Shown: in pieces, positions 61,534-64,000 of the stretch
Position numbering within the stretch: the stretch's first letter is position 1
Layout: each line of letters opens with the position of its first letter
Assembly: GCA_000708835.1 (NCBI GenBank)
Contig: DF236953.1
Location: 234,990 to 298,989, forward strand
Reading direction: 5' to 3'
DNA length: 64,000 nucleotides
Source of the DNA: Klebsormidium nitens
Taxonomy: Eukaryota; Plantae; Klebsormidiophyceae
Translations under genes and position numbers: made by a program
Notes under the pieces: generated by a model
Told to the model about the DNA's origin: nothing
The model's database searches: none
Seen by the model: the letters and a program-made list of their open reading frames with translations, nothing else

Positions 61534-62292
61534 ATGGGGGTTCCTCTGAAAGTTGTTTTGCCGGTGACGGCGGGAGTTGGATTTGCTGCAGGATGGGCCT
61601 CAAGAAGCGGTAAGATGTCTTCCTTCAAAGATAGCGGGTCGCTGTAATCGTGTGAAGCTTTGAGTGGTGCATGCATGCACGACCAGTTGCAGGGCAGGCA
61701 GCTAGGATCAGACAGAAGTGATAGCCATCGGCCAAAGCGGAAGATGAACTCTTTGCACCCCAGTTGTGATCCTGGCCAGTACCTTCACATCCACCTTGAT
61801 GGCTTTTCTCGCAATTATCACCTGCTCAAATTCTCGAATCAGAAAAAGTTTACAGATGAAGTGTGTGGATCCTTATTGGTGCGCGTGCATGCTGTGCCTT
61901 TTCCAGCATTAGAGTCCAGGATACCACAAAATGCAGGAACGGATTGAAAGCTGAGCTTTCCAAGTCGTTCGCACACTTCGGGAATGCAAACCCATTTTCA
62001 CCAAAAACATAGACGAGGGCATCAATCAGGACCATCAATTCATATCATCACCGGTGCATTGCAACCCTATCCAGTTGAAAGGAACACCCTTTAAGTAAGC
62101 CCAAAAATCCCCTTCACATGAAATAGCACGCAGCAAGTTGACCAGCAGGTGCATCTTGATTGTAAGAGGATAACTTTACTTGCAGCGATGACATTGGGGA
62201 GGCAACTGGCAGTGCTGGGTGGACTTACGCTAGCTGGGGCCGCCGGCGCCTTTGCATTGAAAACCAAGGGAAAGGGAAACACTGAGTTGTAG
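61534..62292 (+). CDS. Predicted 60-aa two-exon hydrophobic micropeptide
   Basis: Exon 61534-61609 (GTAAGA donor) plus exon 62186-62292 (actttacttgcAG acceptor), joined in phase 1: MGVPLKVVLPVTAGVGFAAGWASRSAMTLGRQLAVLGGLTLAGAAGAFALKTKGKGNTEL*. Confidence 0.55.
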
Positions 62293-63418
62293 TTCAACCT
62301 TTGAGCGGTCATGTCTTAGGTTTGCTCACTTTTGCGTTTGAGTTGAGTTGTACCTTGGATTCAGAGCCCGGGACTTTTTGGCAGAGAATGTACAGTCTGG
62401 ATCTGTAAATCAGCACGTCTCAATCATGGCAATAGGCTATGGCTGAGCCTGCAACATCGCTAACACTTTGCCAGCAACTGTCGAGATCTTCATGTGAGCC
62501 AGCCTGGCCAGCCAGTTGGACAGCATCAGATGGTTGTATGCATCCAGGATAAGGTAACCGGCAATCTGCGGGGCCGACTCTCATTAATACCAAACCTGCA
62601 TATCTACTCGCATGACAAGCACCGCCAGCGCATTTGTGCTGATGTGCTCCTACTCTAGTTCGTCTTCTGCTGGCAAGCACATGCGCTGCGTCCCAGCATT
62701 GCATGCGCCTCACAGAGTGGGCCTCTGAAGAGTATACCGACCAATATATAAAGCGTCTTAGTATGCTTGTTAGATCCATGTTTCCACGACATAGGTATGC
62801 AGGTTGTAACGTGCCAGTCCAATTAGTAGCCCATATGAAACTCGTCCACACCTGCCGAGTTTTCTGCATCATTTGACCACAGAATCAAGTTTGATTTCGA
62901 CACACGAGCAACTTATTACACATCTAGGAAGGACCGCAAAATGTCTCACTATCAACAACATAGATTGCGCAGAGTGCAGCTGTAACCTGCTTTTTCTAGC
63001 TGGATGATTATGCATCCATCGTCGGGAGCCTAGTACGTCACACGAAGCAAGTGCTCTGAGCAAGAAGAGATCCGCCTCTGGCATGGGTCGTTCAAGCACT
63101 CGAATCCGACGAAATCCAAAATGCTGTACAGATTGTGGTTAGATTGTGTTCGCTTTACGAGTGACATCGTCTTATGCTTCTGCAAGCTGCAAGCTGCCAG
63201 CCGCATGGCATTGCAGGCCGTGCCCCTTAAGACGACCAACGTCCGGACACAAATGGCAACCGTTTCCATCTCTACCGGTTCCTGATAGCCATGGCAATTT
63301 CTTTTTGGAAGTAAACATTGACGCGAAGGCGAACCAGCTCCACAAAGCTGCCCCATTTTATCCCAACCTTATACAGCGCTCCCGATTGGTCATTTTGAGT
63401 CGATGCCTTGATTAGTGT

Positions 63419-63626
63419 TTATTCGACTTGCTGCTTGCCCTTTGTGTCGTCATCGATAAGCTCCAGCAGATCCTGCCCTCGCAACTGCTCTATTACGATC
63501 CCGCCGCCGCCGCTGCTGCCCATCTCTAGTTTCTTGCCTTGTAGCTTTACAATTTTCGGCTCGATCGTCTTATCTACAATGAACCGCACGACGCGTGTGG
63601 GACGGTCTTGACTGAGTCTATGAATC
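63419..63626 (-). pseudogene. SNF2/RAD5-RAD16-type helicase C-terminal exon (remnant, or end of a gene extending beyond the window)
   Basis: After a gtgcAG acceptor: RIHRLSQDRPTRVVRFIVDKTIEPKIVKLQGKK, resembling the motif VI tail RIHRIGQ..V.V.RF....TIE..I..LQ.KK. No intact preceding WNP exon seen in 63627-64000. Confidence 0.5.
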
Positions 63627-64000
63627 CTGCACCGGCAAAGCAGAACAGCTGTGAAAAGTCGACTCATTACCGATAGGTCTTGTGTTAGGATGTGCCGAGA
63701 TAAAAGTTAACCCCTCAACCGCTCACAGTTGACACGCCCTCTCTCGATAGCCCCACTGCGTAGGTGTTTGCAAGGCCGAATTGCTCGGCAATGGGTTTCG
63801 AAACACGGTATCTCCAATCGTCATCCGCTCTCAGGGAACAGCAAGGCGCGTACACAACTTGTCCTTATCCTGTAGACCATCATCAAGCAGCTAATCTCGC
63901 TCCGACGTTGGGCAGTTTCAATGACAACATTGGCTGCAAGTCTGCAGCTGACTCGTTATTTTTCCGAAGCCCCAAACCCAAAAAGGTACCTGGGAACCCG

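Noticed and set aside
62420-62872. 150-aa - strand ORF and the 85-aa ORF at 55600-55857
   Set aside because: No motifs, splice support or codon bias; cannot be supported as genes.

Overview
Intron-rich eukaryotic DNA from a photosynthetic streptophyte-like alga. The PAM68 gene, the plant-type AsnRS with a WHEP-like insert and the CTGCAG/GTGAG splice style suggest Klebsormidium-like DNA; this assignment is inference. Hand-spliced gene models: a long coiled-coil protein (-), ECM29 (+, 23 exons, 1829 aa), cytosolic AsnRS (-, 8 exons, 571 aa), PHF5A (+), PAM68 (-), a secreted bacterial-type GH2 glycosidase with the NxKG glucuronidase motif (+), a GT32 glycosyltransferase (-), a pseudokinase (-), two tandem paralogues of a small helical-domain protein (+), a KDSR-like SDR (-), a 60-aa two-exon membrane micropeptide absent from the ORF track (+), and a SNF2 C-terminal exon (-). 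The most striking unexplained structure is a recurrent set of splice-junction echoes. In four unrelated genes, introns contain tandem degenerate copies of the adjacent exon end plus its splice site: donor copies lie downstream and acceptor copies upstream. Several copies have lost GT/AG, and some differ from the exon almost only at synonymous positions. There is also a nested terminal-inverted-repeat element between AsnRS and PHF5A and a small foldback element between ECM29 and AsnRS. All coordinates and alignments were done by eye; no searches were run.
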